From the human T2T-CHM13v2.0 reference genome, Homo sapiens, in the NCBI RefSeq assembly GCF_009914755.1, contig NC_060926.1: a stretch of DNA of 64,000 bases; one strand, 5' to 3'. The position numbers and the translations under genes are program-made. The notes below the pieces were generated by a model. It had not been told where the DNA came from. It saw nothing but the letters and a program-made list of their open reading frames with translations, and ran no database searches. Below are positions 1 through 17,435 of this stretch, one piece after another. How positions within the stretch are numbered: the first letter of the stretch is position 1; each line of letters starts with the position of its first letter.

Positions 1-259
1 GCCTCACGGTATAGTATGAAGTGCCTTGTTAAAAGCAAGAACTTCTTTTAAGTTCTTTTATCTTAAAAATGTGCATGCATGTGTATTCTATTCCATAACA
101 TAATTCCATTATATGTGATGTTACATAAAAATTCTGTTCTTTCTCAAATTTTGGAGTACAATTTATGCTCCAGAAAAAAAACATTATGTGTCTCCTGTGT
201 CTTTGTATATAGTACACTGTTACATACCAAGTTTGGGCACCACAGATGTAACAGAGAAA

Positions 260-445
260 ACACAGACTTTGGACCAGGACCCATTATGGTTTCCAATTTG
301 GGCTCCACCACCATGTGCATGTAATTGCACTTCTCTGAGTCTGTTTTCTCATATGTGAAATGAAGATAGTAATGCCCACCATATGGAGTTGTTATGAGAC
401 TTTCATGAATTAACATATGGAAAGCACCTAACAGAGACCCTAGCA
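260..445 (+). mobile_element. MIR SINE fragment
   Basis: Core ttctctgagtctgttttctcatatgtgaaatgaagatagtaat...gttgttatgag resembles the MIR core. Confidence 0.6.
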
Positions 446-849
446 CATCACAGATACCACCCTTCACCTGCTACTACTCATGTGGCAAATACAAATTAAG
501 AATAAAAACTGACAAAGCAGTGCCCAGAAACATTTCTGTTGTCTGGATGGAGACAGCAAGGTAAACTTTAGAAGTAGTCAACAGAACCAAAGAACAGTAG
601 CATTCTCATATCCAAAGCTAGCTAGCCAAAACCAACATATTTTTTATTGCCCAACAAAAACAATCCCAGTACTGGTCAACATCCACATTTCTACCTCTGA
701 AGCCACGTGGCTGTCACCTGACTCAGCTCCTTTACCACCAGTGTGGGTGACCTGTTGAGTCTTGTATTTAATGCTGATTCTGATAGCCTCCGAATGCCTC
801 CTCATGAACTCCAGGTTCAGTCTTTGCTACTCACTTCAATTTTTTAAGT

Positions 850-1660
850 GACTAAATATTTGAGGTATAACAAAAGTATAGAAAAAAAAAAGGTTAATGA
901 ACACTCATTACCCACCAACCACGCTTGTGGAATAAGAGGTTACAGGCAGCATCTCCTATGTAGACCTACCATTTCTCTTTCCTCACCAGAGATAATTATT
1001 ATCATGAATTAGGGATTTATCATTTCAATGGATATTGCATACTTTTATATGTGCATAAGCTATAATATATATTCATATTAAACTTTTTTTAAAATTTTAT
1101 TTATTTTTGAGAGGGTTTTGCTCTGTTGCCCAGGCTGGAGGGCAGTGTGCGATCTTGGCTCACTACAACTTCCGCCTCCTGGGTTCAAGCAATTCTCATG
1201 CCTCAGCCTCCTGAGTAGCTGGGACTACAGGCGAGCAACACCATGCCCAGCTAAATTTTTTTATTTTATTTTAGTAGAGACGGGGTTTCACCATGTTGGC
1301 CAGGCTGGTCTCAAACTCCTGACCTCAAGTGATCTGGCCACCTAGGCCTCCCAAAGTGCTGGGATTATAGGCATGAGCCACCACAACCAGCCGAAACTTT
1401 ATTTTTTAAATGGTCATATTGTGTGTATTTTTCTTGAACTTGCTTTTTATACTTAATGTCATGTTTTTGAGATTTTTTTTGTGTGTAGATACATATAGCT
1501 GGTTGGCTCATTTTAACTACTGCATACTTTTCTATTTTGTCATATTTTATTGTAATAACATACCACCTGTACTTACCTGCTCTCTTATTCATAGACAATT
1601 TGTTTCTAACTTTTTGTTATTATAAACAAAGAGGAAATGAATGTACTTATACTTGCCTCC
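850..1660 (-). mobile_element. Old L1 (L1M-type) 3' region, interrupted by an Alu
   Basis: T-rich antisense L1 3'UTR-like sequence; appears to resume after Tigger1 at ~4250 (ccaggagttaaattgct...aaggtatgtg). Confidence 0.5.
1095..1392 (-). mobile_element. AluS, full length
   Basis: Antisense dimeric Alu with T-rich tail and an aaacttt(a)tttttaaa TSD-like flank. Confidence 0.93.
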
Positions 1661-1693
1661 TGTTGAGGGTAGGGTGGGCAAAAGCAAGAATTG

Positions 1694-4248
<2,555 letters not shown>

Positions 4249-7200
4249 TAGATAACCAGGAGTTAAATTGCTAAGTCTTAAGGTATGTGAAGGTCTAACA
4301 GGGCTTATTTCAAAAGCCAGATGGTGCCATAGAAAACCACATGGTGAAATTACTGCACAAATGTGTGACCAATGAAAATAGAGTTGTATAAAGAAGAGTT
4401 TGGACAAATTCATCTTGTCCTGTGATTAAACCATCCCTCTTGTCTTTTATGCCAGCTTATGCTGCAACCTTTAAAAATTCCTTGATGGGCTCCTCTTTGT
4501 CAGCTTCCCTTCTGGCTCTGCACTGGATCCTGTGTTACATCATGGACTATTCCTGTCTGCCAAGTGTGGCCTCTCCAGTTCCCAGAAGATACCCAGGTTC
4601 TATTTCTGCTTGCTCTTTTGTTCCCAGTTCAAATCAGATGCAATATTCTAAGCTGGAAGAAATCTGGTAGATCTTAGCATTCCACACCTTTGTTTTACTT
4701 TGAGAAAGCTAAAGTTCAGGGAGGTTAGCTGACATACCTAGCACTTGGTAGAATAAGATTTCCATCCCGAGTCTGTCTTCCTCCAAAGCTCATGCTTCTT
4801 TGATGGAGTTTGGCTCTGAAGTCATGGAAGAATGAGGTGACCTTGTAAAACAGTGCTGATGTGAGGATGGGTGATCTTACTGAGTTCTGGAGCTGGAACT
4901 CCAATCTTTAGAGTTCTAGATGAGATGGAACAACTTACATAGAAATGTGAGAAAGAACAGGTGGTAAGGTAGAAGGAGAGAGTATGGTGTAATGGAAATC
5001 ATGCCATAAAACACAAATCTACTCTCAAATCTTTCAGAGAAGAGAGCATTGCTTAAATGAAGGACATCAACTGTGTCTTATGCTGAAAGAGGTTGAGGAA
5101 CATGAAGCCAGAGAGGTGACCATTGGATTGGTAACATAGCGGGCCTTGCTAGAAGCAGTTTCAGCAGAGGCAGAGTTGTGGAGACAAAAGTCAGAGCAGA
5201 GTGGGTTAAAAAATGAGGACTTCCAACTTTAAAATGAGATTTTTAAATTAAAATAAATAAAAATATTTTGATAAGTTAAGATGTTTTCCCCTTTCTTTCA
5301 AAAAACCAACCCCAAACCAGGAAAACTTGAAACAAAAGCACAAAGACCATCTTTGAGGAAACTGAGAAATATTTAAACCATAAAAACACCACATATAAGA
5401 ATAGAAGGGAAGGAAGAGTGGCAAATGATATGGCACTGTGGAGAAAAGTCAAATATAATCCTGTGGAAGGAAATACTGAAGATGAACAAACCATGTAGCC
5501 TTGTAGAATCCTAGAAAGCTCAAAACCTGGATATTGCAAAAGGCAAGGAAGGGTTAGAGAGTGAAAACTGGAATATTGATTGTTTAAAAGCTCTTCAACC
5601 TTCAGAACCATCCCTCCTTCCCACTAGAGTTTGAAAATTACCCCTTATTTACCTCCACCAGAGAGGAGAAGCATATTTTCTGACAAAATTGCACAAGAAT
5701 GGTTTCATAGTCAGGGACACCAGGCACAGAGAAATTATAGAGACATCTGCAAAACAAATGTTGCTACTTCCAGCCTTCTTCCTTGTCCAATTTCAGACTT
5801 AAAATCTAAGAAAAGAGTTTGAAAACTACTTCTCTGTAGAAATAAATGTCTTAGAGGGAAAAATACATACACATAAAATGATATTTGAGAGTCTTCAACA
5901 ACAACAAAAAACAACTGCCAAAAAAAAAAAAAAAGCTGGTCATTCATCAATTGGCATGCCCACCATGCATGCAGAGCTTCCAACAAGGCTTTTAGTCTCA
6001 TTCATTTGATATGGACAGACAGCCAAAGATCACTAAACATTTGAAGAAGGACTCCACCAGAAAAGACAAGGAGTGAGGAGACAAGTTTCAAGAAGCTGTG
6101 TCATATAGAGAGATGTGAATAAATAGGTCAGTAGCTAGAGGGAGATGTGGGATCAAAGAGGACTTTAAAAAATGTTTTTAAGATAAGAGATACTAGAGTG
6201 TATTTGTATGCTGGTAATCAGCATCTAGTATTTTTCTTTCTGATTTGAGACAAATGTGTAGTCACAAACATTTAGAAAAGAACTGTAAAGTATGTCTGCT
6301 TCTGTTTATGATATTCAGAGATGTGAAAAGCCTTCATTTCCATGGTCAACCAGAAAAGCCCAGACAAAATAAAATTCATATGTTTCCGTGAGGCTAGTAG
6401 AGATGCAGGAAGCACTGATTAACTGAATTAGAGAGAAACAAACCCTTTATATAATAGCTAAGCAGAGAAGGTTCTGCAGAAGCTTCCATACTTAAAGGTG
6501 GATGCGTGGTCTAGGTTTGGGTAATTGGAGGAGTGGGTCTGCCATAGACAGACACTCTGCAGGGATAAGGAAAAGTCAGCTGAGTCTTACATAAACATGT
6601 GTGCCAGAAGGAGGCTTTAGAATCTGAAATGAAAAAGAAATATCTCAGCCTAAGTTATCCCCCCTCACCCACATTTCTGCATTTTTCCAAGAAAGCAGCA
6701 GTGGAGGAATTGCCTGCAGAGTAGAGATAAATCACATAATTAGGTGGATTCTCATTGTGCTTGGATTCTGGAGTCCTACCAGAGTGAAATACAAAGGTCA
6801 AGCAAAAATATCTGAAGCTGCACCTAGCCATCTACCAATTCAAATACTGAGAAGATCACAAAGGCAGGGCAGGGCAAAAGTCCAGGAGTTGGCCTAATAA
6901 CAGGGAACATGAATCTAACAAAAGGTGCAGCCCAGCCCAAGCTCACCCTGACTCAAGGAGGAATCTAATGATCAGCCCCTCGCCCTAGCTCACAAAGAAT
7001 AAAAGCCTTATGCTCTGCAGTGAGTAAACAACACAAATCAATATTATACCGAAGTCTCCACTGCTTTTTTTATACTCAGTGACTGAAATGTAAACTGTTA
7101 TGAAAAATGGGAAGAAGCAGAGGAATATTACTCACAATAAAGAAAAACATAGTTAATAGAAACAAACCACAGATGACTCAGTTATTTGAATTAATGGACA

Positions 7201-8574
7201 GGGACTTTTAAGCAACTATTATAAATAGGTTAAATAATTTACAGGAAAAGGTGAATACAATGGGGGGGAAGATATGGGTGATCAGAAATTAAAAAAAGAA
7301 AACTCAAAGAAAGAACCAAGTGAAAACTGTGGAACTGAAAGATACATTATTTGAAATAAAAAATTTATCAGATAGGTTTAAAACCAGATTGAACACCACA
7401 GAAAAGGGATTAATAAGTTTAAAAACAAGTGAATAGAAATATCCAAACTGAAAGACAGAAAGGGAAAAGTCTGAGGGCTGGAGGGAGAAAATGAACCAGT
7501 CCTGTGACTTATGGGAGAATATCAAGTGATCTATACTACTTGATAACATGTATTTGTGTAATTGGAATACCAAACGTGATCCACACACAGATCCAAGAAG
7601 CTCAAAGAACCTCAAGCAGGACAAATGCAAAGAAAGCATCACCTAAGTGCATCATAGTCAAATTTCTGAAAAATCTAAAAAGCGGCCAGAGGGAAGGCAG
7701 GAAAGATATATTAAAGAGAAGCAACATTAAAAAAATAACTTACTTTTTATTAGGAAAAAAAAATGCAATCCAGAGAATGAAGGTCCAATATCTTTAAAGA
7801 GATAAAAGAAAAAAATCAACTTAAAATTCTATATCCAGTTAAAATATTTAAGGCAGAATTAGACATTTTCAGAAGGGGGAAAATGCCTAAGAGAATCATC
7901 AGCAGCAAATCTGCGCTATTAAAAAAAATGCTAAAGGAATTCTTTAGGGTGAAGGAAAATGATACCAGGTATAAACTAGATCCACAAAAAACAAATTTAA
8001 AATAAAGAAGAAGAAGGAAGAGTACCAGAAATGATAAATATTTAGGTAAATATAAAAGGTTATTTTTTATCTTTTCATAATTTTGTAAAAAGACAATTGA
8101 CTAAGACAGAAATAACACTATTTTTGGATTTGTTACAAACAGAGAAATAAAATGTATGACAATAATAACACAAAGGATAAGAGGGAACTATATGGAAATA
8201 TAATATTAAAAGGTTTTTCTATTTTGTGAGAAGTAGCATAATACTGACTTATAGTAGCTTGTGATAAAATAAGGATGCATATTATAATTCGCAGAGCAAC
8301 TGCTCTAAAAAAGACAAGACATACAGCTTTATGTTTTTAAAAGCTAATAGATGATACTAGATGAAATACCAAAAAATACATGATCAATGCAAAAGGATAT
8401 AGGAAAGGAGAAAGAAACAAAGAACAGAAGTGACCATTAGAAAGCAAATAGCAAGATAGCAAGATGGTAGACTCAAACCCAACCACTCCAAGACTTACAT
8501 TAAATATAAAATGAACTAAAGATTCCAGATAAAAGGCAGAGAATGTCACACTGGCTAAAGAAGCAAGATCCAGC

Positions 8575-8998
8575 ATATCATTGATTTATTACTGCATAAA
8601 ATATACCCCAAATATTATAGCTTGAAACAATAATTTCTTATGCTGATTTCACCTGGACTTATTTATGCAGCTTATATATAGGATTCAGCTGGGGATTAGG
8701 CTCAGCTGGGAAATACAATGCTTCTGGAACAGCTGAAGATCTCTCTCTCAATATGGTCCTTCCTTCTCAAGTAGTTGAAAAGACCAGGTTTTCCCTCACA
8801 GTGGCTGCAACAGTCCAACAAAACAAACTCCAATATTCTTGTGCTAATGGAGCCTTAGTTTTTGTCATATTTACAGATGTCCTGTGGGCTAAAGCAAGTT
8901 ACATGGCCACATGCACAGCCAGTATGGGAGGGGACCATACAGGGACCATACAGTGGGAGGAGTGATCTTTGGGGACATTAGTATAACAGTCCACCACA
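8575..8998 (-). mobile_element. MLT1-family (ERVL-MaLR) solo LTR
   Basis: Motifs ggctaaagcaagttacatggcc and terminal ...ccaccaca; interrupts L1 ORF2-like sequence. Confidence 0.6.
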
Positions 8999-9557
8999 TA
9001 CAATTATATATGGTTTACAAGAGACACTTTAAATATAAATATGGTGATAGATTAAAAGTGAAAGAATGGAAAAAGATATACTGTGCAAGCATCAATCATA
9101 AAAAGTTAGAATGGATATTAGACAAAGCTGACTTCAACATAAAAAGTATTTACTAGAGATAAAAAGTTATCGAAGAAAGTCTGTGTGTCAAAGACAATCC
9201 ATGGGTTAAAGAAAAATCACAAGGGAAATTAGAAAATGTATCCAACAAAGAACGAAAACCCAGCATATCAACATTTGTGGGATGCAGCTAAAGTCACGTG
9301 CCTAGGGTAAATGTATAGCTTTAAGTGTTTTTCTTAGAAAAGAAGAAAAGATTAAATGATTTAAAACCAATGAAAAAGTAAAAAGAACTTATTAAGCTCA
9401 AAATAAGTAGGGAAAGGAAAATAATAACAAGTGAATCAATAAAATTGAAAATAGACATATAATAGAAGAAGACAAATAATACAGAAAATCACAAAGCTCA
9501 AAGTTGAGTATTTTAAAAGAATAAATTGATAAACCACTGGTAAGAGTGGTTTTTCTG

Positions 9558-9856
<299 letters not shown>

Positions 9857-10696
9857 GTGATTTTTCTAAAAGGAGAGAAAATACGACTTACAGATAATAT
9901 CAGGAAAGGGAATATTACTACAGATCCTACAAATGTTAAAATATAATAAAGGAATATTATAAACAATTTTATAGAAATATATTCAACAATTATAAGGGAA
10001 ATGAACAAATATCTGGGCATGTTACTGTGTATAAATTGTATTTCACTAAAAAGTACACAAGAGGAGCTTTGGTTCAGCATGCATCTTGATATTATGTTAA
10101 TCATTTTGGCCTATGCTTAGGTAAAAGTCCCAAAGAGACTGTTTTATATACATTGTAAACAAATGATTACAATTGGTTGTAGAACTTCATAACTCCTAAA
10201 ATAACAGCAAAATGTCTTTAATTAATCTGTGTTCTTCTGTTCACTACACTGTTTTCTTATAGTCAACAATTGGAGCCATAAGGCCATCTGGGAATGTTCC
10301 AGGAGTGGCATTAGTGGTAATAAATAGTGATAGGTGTTTACTGTGTAAGTTGAGAACCAAAGGCAACAACTGCAAAGCATTTGAGAAGAGTCCAATTCCA
10401 CAGAAGGAAAATGATACCAGGTGTAAACTAGATCCACAAAAACAAATTCAGAATAAAGAAGAAGAAGGAAGAGTACCAGAGATGATAAGCTCTTTTACAA
10501 GAAGACTAGGAAGTTGACAATGCAGAGCTGATATTGGGTTATTTTTGGATGGTGATGGAGGTTGTTTTTATAGAACCAAAATATGATAGCCATTGCAGAA
10601 TCCTAAGGGAGATTTTGCAGTGGAAACCTCAGTAGAATACTTGGGATAAAGGCTTGTTGAAGCACTTCTTGACATTCTATGTGTGTCCATCTTTTA

Positions 10697-10902
10697 TTTT
10701 TTTTTCTTTCTTTTATTTATTTTTTTAGAGACGGAGTTTTGCTCTTGTTCCCCAAGCTGGAGTGCAATGGCATGATCTTGGCTCACTCAACCTCTGCCTC
10801 CTGGGTTTAAGCGATTCTCCTGCCTCATCCTCCCTAGTAGATGGGATTACAGGCATACACCACCATGCCCAGCTATTTTTTTTAATTTAATTTTTTTCTT
10901 AC
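10697..10902 (-). mobile_element. 5'-truncated AluS (right arm plus linker)
   Basis: TSD GTGTCCATCTTTTA (10683-10696) / GTGTTCATCTTTTA (10903-10916). Confidence 0.88.
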
Positions 10903-12554
10903 GTGTTCATCTTTTAATGTTTTCATCAGCAATGTTATCAAACTGTCATAACACAACCAGAATCCCAGAGAGTAATCATGAAGAGTAGAGCAATTCCTAG
11001 AACAACAGAAAGCCCAGAAGACATTGTGACTGATTCTCCCCACCTTCTACCCCTACAAACCAGCAGAGTGCTGGGTGCATGGTGTATGCTCAACAAATAG
11101 CAGTGGCCATTAATGAATGATGGGTGAATGCACCCAAACTGGAATCATTCATTTGACAATCACCTGCTTGAGGTCAATCATTAAGTGTAGTGGGAGTTGC
11201 AAAAGGAACACAAAACAAATGGCCTAAAACCCTTAGCTTCTAAGTAGGAACACTGGCAGACATGTGAAACCACCAAGGAAAACAGGGGCTCTGTAATAGC
11301 AGCCTCTCTTCATAGGATTCCCTGCCTCTTTCATTTCCCAGGAAGATAACATTTCACTTGAAATAACCAAGTCCTCAGAGAGGTTCTTATCATCCCCTAA
11401 AAGATCTTTCTCCCAATCTCCTTCAGTTTCCAAGAGAAAATAAGAATAGACCCTTATTAATAGTGCTGTTGTCCCAGAACTAAAACACACCCACAATTCC
11501 TATGAAACCATCCATTTTGTTTGCTTAGATGTTGTGGGTCCTTCAAGAAGGGCAGAGAGTAGGGAGATGGGGCCATGTGTTATTTGATCTTTTGAGCAGC
11601 AAGGGTGGTATAATGGGGAGGTTGTGATCACCACTCGCAACTAGTGAGTTCATATCTTGCCAGATACAAAGCATCAAGGATAAGGACATTTTCCAAAACA
11701 GCCTTTGGTTGTTCTGGTACAAAAAAAAAAAAAAAGTCAAGAAAATACTTGTAAAGAAAGGGAAATAGGCTTAGAGAAAATATCCCAGTTCCCAGACTTT
11801 ATTTGGCAGGGAAAAAATACAGTGAAGCCAAGCAAATATTTCCACACCCCCAAGAAGCCTTTTTTTTTTTTTTTTTTTGCTCTCTTTTTAAATCTCAAGT
11901 CTTAACACAATATTCCACTTTTAGTGTTACCCAAATGTCCCAGACTTCACTAGTCTGTGACCAAAGAATTAGATCATATTTACTTTTAATGCCCAAGCGT
12001 CTCTCACCTAACTGTCAGAAATTATCCCTCTGCCCCATAGTGCCCCCCAGCTATTATGAGGGGTTCCATGGTGCCACCTCTGTGTGCTCACAAACAGACC
12101 CCAGTTTTCCTATCCCAGCCTCCCCGTCATGTCCCCTTGCCACTAGCTCTGCTGCTCGGACCCTCATGAAACTGGCAACTCACAGGGCAGAGCTGCCCCC
12201 TGCCTGGGGATTGCTGGTGCCATGCACTGCCCCCAGCATGGCCTTGGTGGGGGACACTGCTCTCATCTTTATTCTCCAGGATATATGCCCTTTCTCATTA
12301 CCAAACAACAGAGTTTGAAATTAAAGTATGCCTTTTGATGGGATTTATTGGAATATTAGAGGTAATATAAGAAATACAACCTAGAGAATGATTTTTAACC
12401 ACCACATGGGCCCAGACTTGTCAATGACCAGATCTGGCTAATGTCCAGATCAGGTCCTGCTTGGCCTCCTTCCATATGGCCAAGGGAAGCTCATCCCTGC
12501 CCCAAAATGGTTTCTTCCCAGAATGAGTAACAGTGGAGACATCCATTCCCTCCA

Positions 12555-13420
12555 CTCACCCCTTCAGTAAGTATTTGTTGAAAGTCTATTATGTTCCAGG
12601 CACTGTAGTAGGCACAGAAGATATAATGGGGACCAAAACAGCCATGGCCCAGTCCTCAAGGAATTTAAAGTCTAGAACTGAAACAAACAAAACCTAAATA
12701 ATTGCATAATGAAATGTTATTAGTTATAAAATATCTTAAGTGCTATAAAGCAAAATTGTGGGGTACCAGGAAAAAGTCTAATAGAGGAAGACAATTCAGA
12801 TTAGGAAGGTCAAGTAAGACTACTCTGAGCAAGTGGCATTTAACTTGGGACTGAAGGCTGGATAAGAATTAGCCCCATGAAGAGCTGGTCAAATAGTGTT
12901 CCCGGGCAGCAGTGATTGCCGATGTGAAGTGCCTATTGGAGAAAGGGGCTTGGGAAGACCAGTATGGCTGAAGGCAAGAGAGTGGGGGCAGAATGATGTG
13001 AGATGAGGCTGGACAGGGAGGCAAGAGCCATCTACATAGGCACTGGAAGGTCATGAAAAGGATTTGGGATATAATCCCAGGTGTAATGGGTTGGTGTTGA
13101 AGGGCTTTGAGCCAGAGTGAATGCCATGATTTCATCTGTACTTTAAAGACATTCTTGCAGCCTTATGGAGAAAGAATGGAAAAGGGGGCAAGAGGCCATT
13201 CAAAAGATAGCAGGTGACTACCCCAGTGGCTAAGCAAGAGATGATGGTGGCTGGGACAGTGGTGTTGGCTGAAGAGATAGAGAAGTAGTCCATTTCAAGA
13301 TATGTTTGAAGTAGAACTAACAGAATGTGATGATGGTGAGAGGAAGGAAAGTCAAGTTAGTGGATCAAGGAGGGCTTCCAGTTTCTGACTTGGGCGGCTG
13401 GGCATGTGGTCTGATACACG
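12555..13420 (-). mobile_element. L2 LINE 3' portion
   Basis: Typical L2 end gtatttgttgaa...tatgttccaggcactgt followed by purine-rich L2 body (agagatgatggtggctggga). Confidence 0.75.
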
Positions 13421-13679
13421 GGTATTGAAAAGAGAATAGTCAGTTTCCAAAGTCTGAGTTACTTGGTATTAAATATTCCACCTATGAAGCATCAGCAGCC
13501 CAGGGACAGGCAAACCCCTTTTCAGTTTGTCTTTTAAAATCTCCAGCAGTCTGGCAAGCCACCCTCACCCACGGTCTCCCCATCATATCAGTTTTAACAA
13601 AAGATTACTATTTTCTTTAGAATTCCCCCTCCAAGCAATGCCAGGATAAATATGAGAGAAAAAGAGAGTATTTATCATA

Positions 13680-14180
13680 CTGATTAAGAACAGGGCCTCT
13701 GGGATTAAATCCCACCTCTGTCTTAGGTAAGAGTGGCCTTGGGTAAGTTCTGTAACCTCTCTGTGACTCAGTTTTCTTATCTGTGAAATGGCGGTAACAA
13801 TAGTACTACTGCAAAGAGCTGTCATAAGGCTTAAGTGGATCGATTGTATTTCATGTATTTAGACAGAGCCTGGCACCATAAGTTCTCAGAGCCATAGGTT
13901 CCCAGACAGTGTTAGGAACTGCCATTGCCTTTCACTGATGCCAGGTTCCCACTTCCTCTAGCATTGTTCCATGCTAGAGGCTGCTTTGCAGAGGAGAAAG
14001 CCTTTTTTGAGTCAGGTAGATTTGACTTCAAGTCTCCACTCTCCTACTTAACCTCTCTGAGCCCAAGTTTTCTTACCTGTAATGTAAGGACAGTAATACT
14101 CACTTTCAGTGGTTATTATGAGGGTGAAATCAGAAATCTTTGGTCACTACCTTGTATATAGCGGATGCTCAATAAATGTT
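13680..14180 (+). mobile_element. Two tandem MIR SINEs
   Basis: Cores aacctctctgtgactcagttttcttatctgtgaaatgg and ttaacctctctgagcccaagttttcttacctgtaatg. Confidence 0.75.
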
Positions 14181-15001
14181 AGATTTTTTCCTATTCAAAA
14201 GAGTTTCTCTTCCCAATTTAAATAGAGCATCTCCACCCTGTACCACTAAAAAGACCCCAGCAGGAGGAAGGCAAAATTTCAAACCCTTCATAGGGTTACA
14301 GTTTATGAATAAGGTATGTGAGTCAGAAATTTTACTTTATTGCCCTTTTTGGCACAATATGGAGCTATTTAAAAGACAGAAACATGAATGTAGACTTCTT
14401 ACATCCCAGAGAGAATGGTCCACAAAGATTCCATTTGGCCCCCAAGTCATTTATGTTTCCCACTGCCAGTTGAACTCTTCCTGCCCGCACTGTCACCTTG
14501 AACAATCAGAGTAAGAAAACACAGGCACCGGCCCACAGAAAACACTCTTGGCTGTCCTGGAAAGCGGAGATTCCTTGGGTTTTTATTTTCCGTTTCCTTT
14601 GGCACACCCGTGCGGTGGCAGTTTGCTGTGGATGCCACCCTCTTCCACCTGCGTCCTTGTGGTGGCCTTTCCCTGGGTTCTTGGTTCTCACCTCTTTCTG
14701 GCTCACATGAGCCATTTGTATTGCTGCCTAAGTTGCTGTGTGTCCCATCAGGAGCAGCATTTAGAGACTCATTTCCAATGTAGAAGGAAAACATTGTGTT
14801 AAGGGAAAGGAAAGTGTTTACAAGCAGATGGAGAGTCCTGCAGAAGAGTCTTTCCCCTTAATCCTTGAAATCTCACTCATCCTGTGTTATGGTTGACCCT
14901 GAATGGATAATATAAAGGCCTTCCCTTTGATAGGCTTTTGGGGAATTACTGGGACTAGACAGCAGTATCCACAGAGGTAAGAAGAAGACTAGTACTTATG
15001 A

Positions 15002-15172
<171 letters not shown>

Positions 15173-15600
15173 TAAAGCATGATATTGAAATATCAACATG
15201 GGGTGACTGATGAGATAAGGCACTTATATTAAGAGGGCTGACTAGCACCCAATAGCAAGAGAGTACATTTTCTTCCCATAAGCTTGTACACTGACAACTC
15301 TAGCCAAAAGAACTAAAGAAATGGATTCCCTTCCTTCTTCCCTGACCCTGATGAATGGTTTGTTAGCTAATGGTTGGCTGGCAGTCACAAATTCACGCCA
15401 CACACAAGTCCCGCCACTCCAAAAATGTCCTTTGTTGGATGTCAGCTTCAGTGATTGAGGCAGAATTTCAGGGACTTCAGCTTTAAGGGAAACAAGACCA
15501 TAAGGAATAAGACATCAATCCGTGCTGACAACTACAGTCATCTGTCACTTAACAAGTACTAGGCCATAAGGAATAAGACATCAATCCATGTTGACAACTA

Positions 15601-15976
15601 CAGTCATCTATCACTTAACAACAAGGATTTCAACAAAATGCCTTGTTAGCCAATTTTGTCATTGTGACATCATAGTGTGTACTTACACAAACCTAGATAG
15701 TATAGCCTATTACACACCTAGGCTATATGGTGTAGCCTATTGCTCCTAGGCTATAAACCTATACAGCATGTTACTGTACTATACATTGTAGGCAATTGTA
15801 ACACTAATGATATTTGTTTCTAAACATAGAAATGGTAATGCATTGAACTACAGTGTTACCACAGCTACGATGTCACTAGGTGATTGGACTTTTTCAGCTC
15901 CATTATAACCTTAGGGGACCACTGTCATATTTGTAGTCTGTCCTTGACCAAAACATTGCTATGCAGCACATAACTG
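15601..15976 (+). mobile_element. Tigger3a/MER7-type non-autonomous DNA transposon
   Basis: TA|CAGTCAT...ATAACTG|TA ends; internal tacacaaacctagatagtatagcctattacacacctaggctatatgg is typical of Tigger3. Confidence 0.85.
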
Positions 15977-16167
15977 TATACTACTTAAATGAGAGGTAAC
16001 TTTACATGGATATCAGCCACTGATAATTGAGCAAAGCCTGGGTGAATTACATAAGGAATCAAGACTGAATTGGCTGCATATTCAACAACAGAGCCCATTA
16101 TCCACTATGGTTTTTGGAGTGACAAACAGTGGTTATAAGTCTAAGGGCTCTTTCATATGTTTTTCAG

Positions 16168-16201
16168 GCCAGTGAGCAGATTTATTATGAAAACAGACAA
16201 G
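16168..16201 (+). CDS. ANTXR1: ANTXR1 coding exon (exon 5, 34 nt): ASEQIYYENRQ(G)
   Basis: ttttcag|GCC...CAAG|gtaaga. Phase 0 start continues the previous exon in frame. Confidence 0.97.
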
Positions 16202-17435
16202 GTAAGACTATAGTATGAACTACCATTATGAATTATTTAACTTTTTCCGTGTTTGTTGCTGAAAAAGTGCTTCAGTCATTTCATGTTTCAAAAGACATGT
16301 ATGATATTATCTGTAATTCTTAGACACACATTTCATCACAAACAAGGAATGCATAGAAAGGTGGCATGTATTGGGTCAAATTCCACTGTCCTGTTGATGC
16401 CAAGAAAAGTTATATAAAAGTAATTAAGATCCCATTTTGGCCACAGTCTAATTCCCATGAAGAGTTTTGCATGTTGAATTCACTAAATTAGTAAATACTT
16501 GCATAGGTTAGTAAAGTCTTGGATTTTTATGTAAAATTTAATTTTCTTGTTCTTCTCTGAGCTCCAAGCCTCTTCATTACTGTGACTGAACATAACATTA
16601 AGATCAAAATACCAGTTTGATTTAAACTTTCCTATATTTAAATGAAAAAACTGCATAAAATATACTCAGTAGAGTGCCTAGCACATAGAAATTTTTATTA
16701 TTTTAGCTATTATTACTACAGTGTCTTTCGTGAGTAGCATTTCTGTATCTCAGTCAAATCTCTTAAAAAAGAGATTCAATATTACAGTAGAGACTTTCCT
16801 CCCAGGCCTATAGAGGTGTCCATTTCTTGTTTCATCCTAAACTGCAACAAACAGAACAGACTCAATATCAACACCAAATCTTGCTAATGTAAATCAACCG
16901 TGAATGTTGATATGAGAAGCCTAAAAATCACTGAAATAATTCTAGTAGGTTTTGCCAACTGCTATAATTCTTCCAGTCAACTTGTAAATCATGATGACTA
17001 TTACTTTCACCAAACTGTCTTCAAGGGGTGGTGTATGTGGTCCATTACAGCAGGTGACAAGGACGTCTGAACAGCCCAGGTGGGAGTTTGCTCACAGCTT
17101 GGGCAACAGTTATGTGTCTGCTAATAGAAAATAATCACACTTGATTCACCGGTGCTACTCCCAAATGTTGGTTTAGTGACCATTTCATCAGGTTTGGCCA
17201 TTTTTCAAGATGAGGCTGAAAAATGAGAAAGCAAAACCTATTCCCCCTAAAGTCTGTCCCCATGGGGGATCCTTCTTCATGCTGGAGTTGCTTCCAGGCC
17301 CAAAAGAAAAGTTGGTGATTCTCACAATATTGACTTTGGGTGGTTGAACTCGTAAGAGGTTGAATCCTGGGACTGAGAGGGTGTTTCCTTGGGTGGAGCA
17401 GGGTGGACTGAGCCAGTCTGTATTGTGTTAAACAG

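Noticed and set aside
11803-12318. 171-aa ORF on the + strand
   Set aside because: Non-ATG start, runs through a poly-T tract, no recognisable domain or exon context.
15498-15621. Direct repeat with a short spacer as a CRISPR-like array
   Set aside because: Only two units, overlapping a transposon end in a mammalian intron, with no associated genes.
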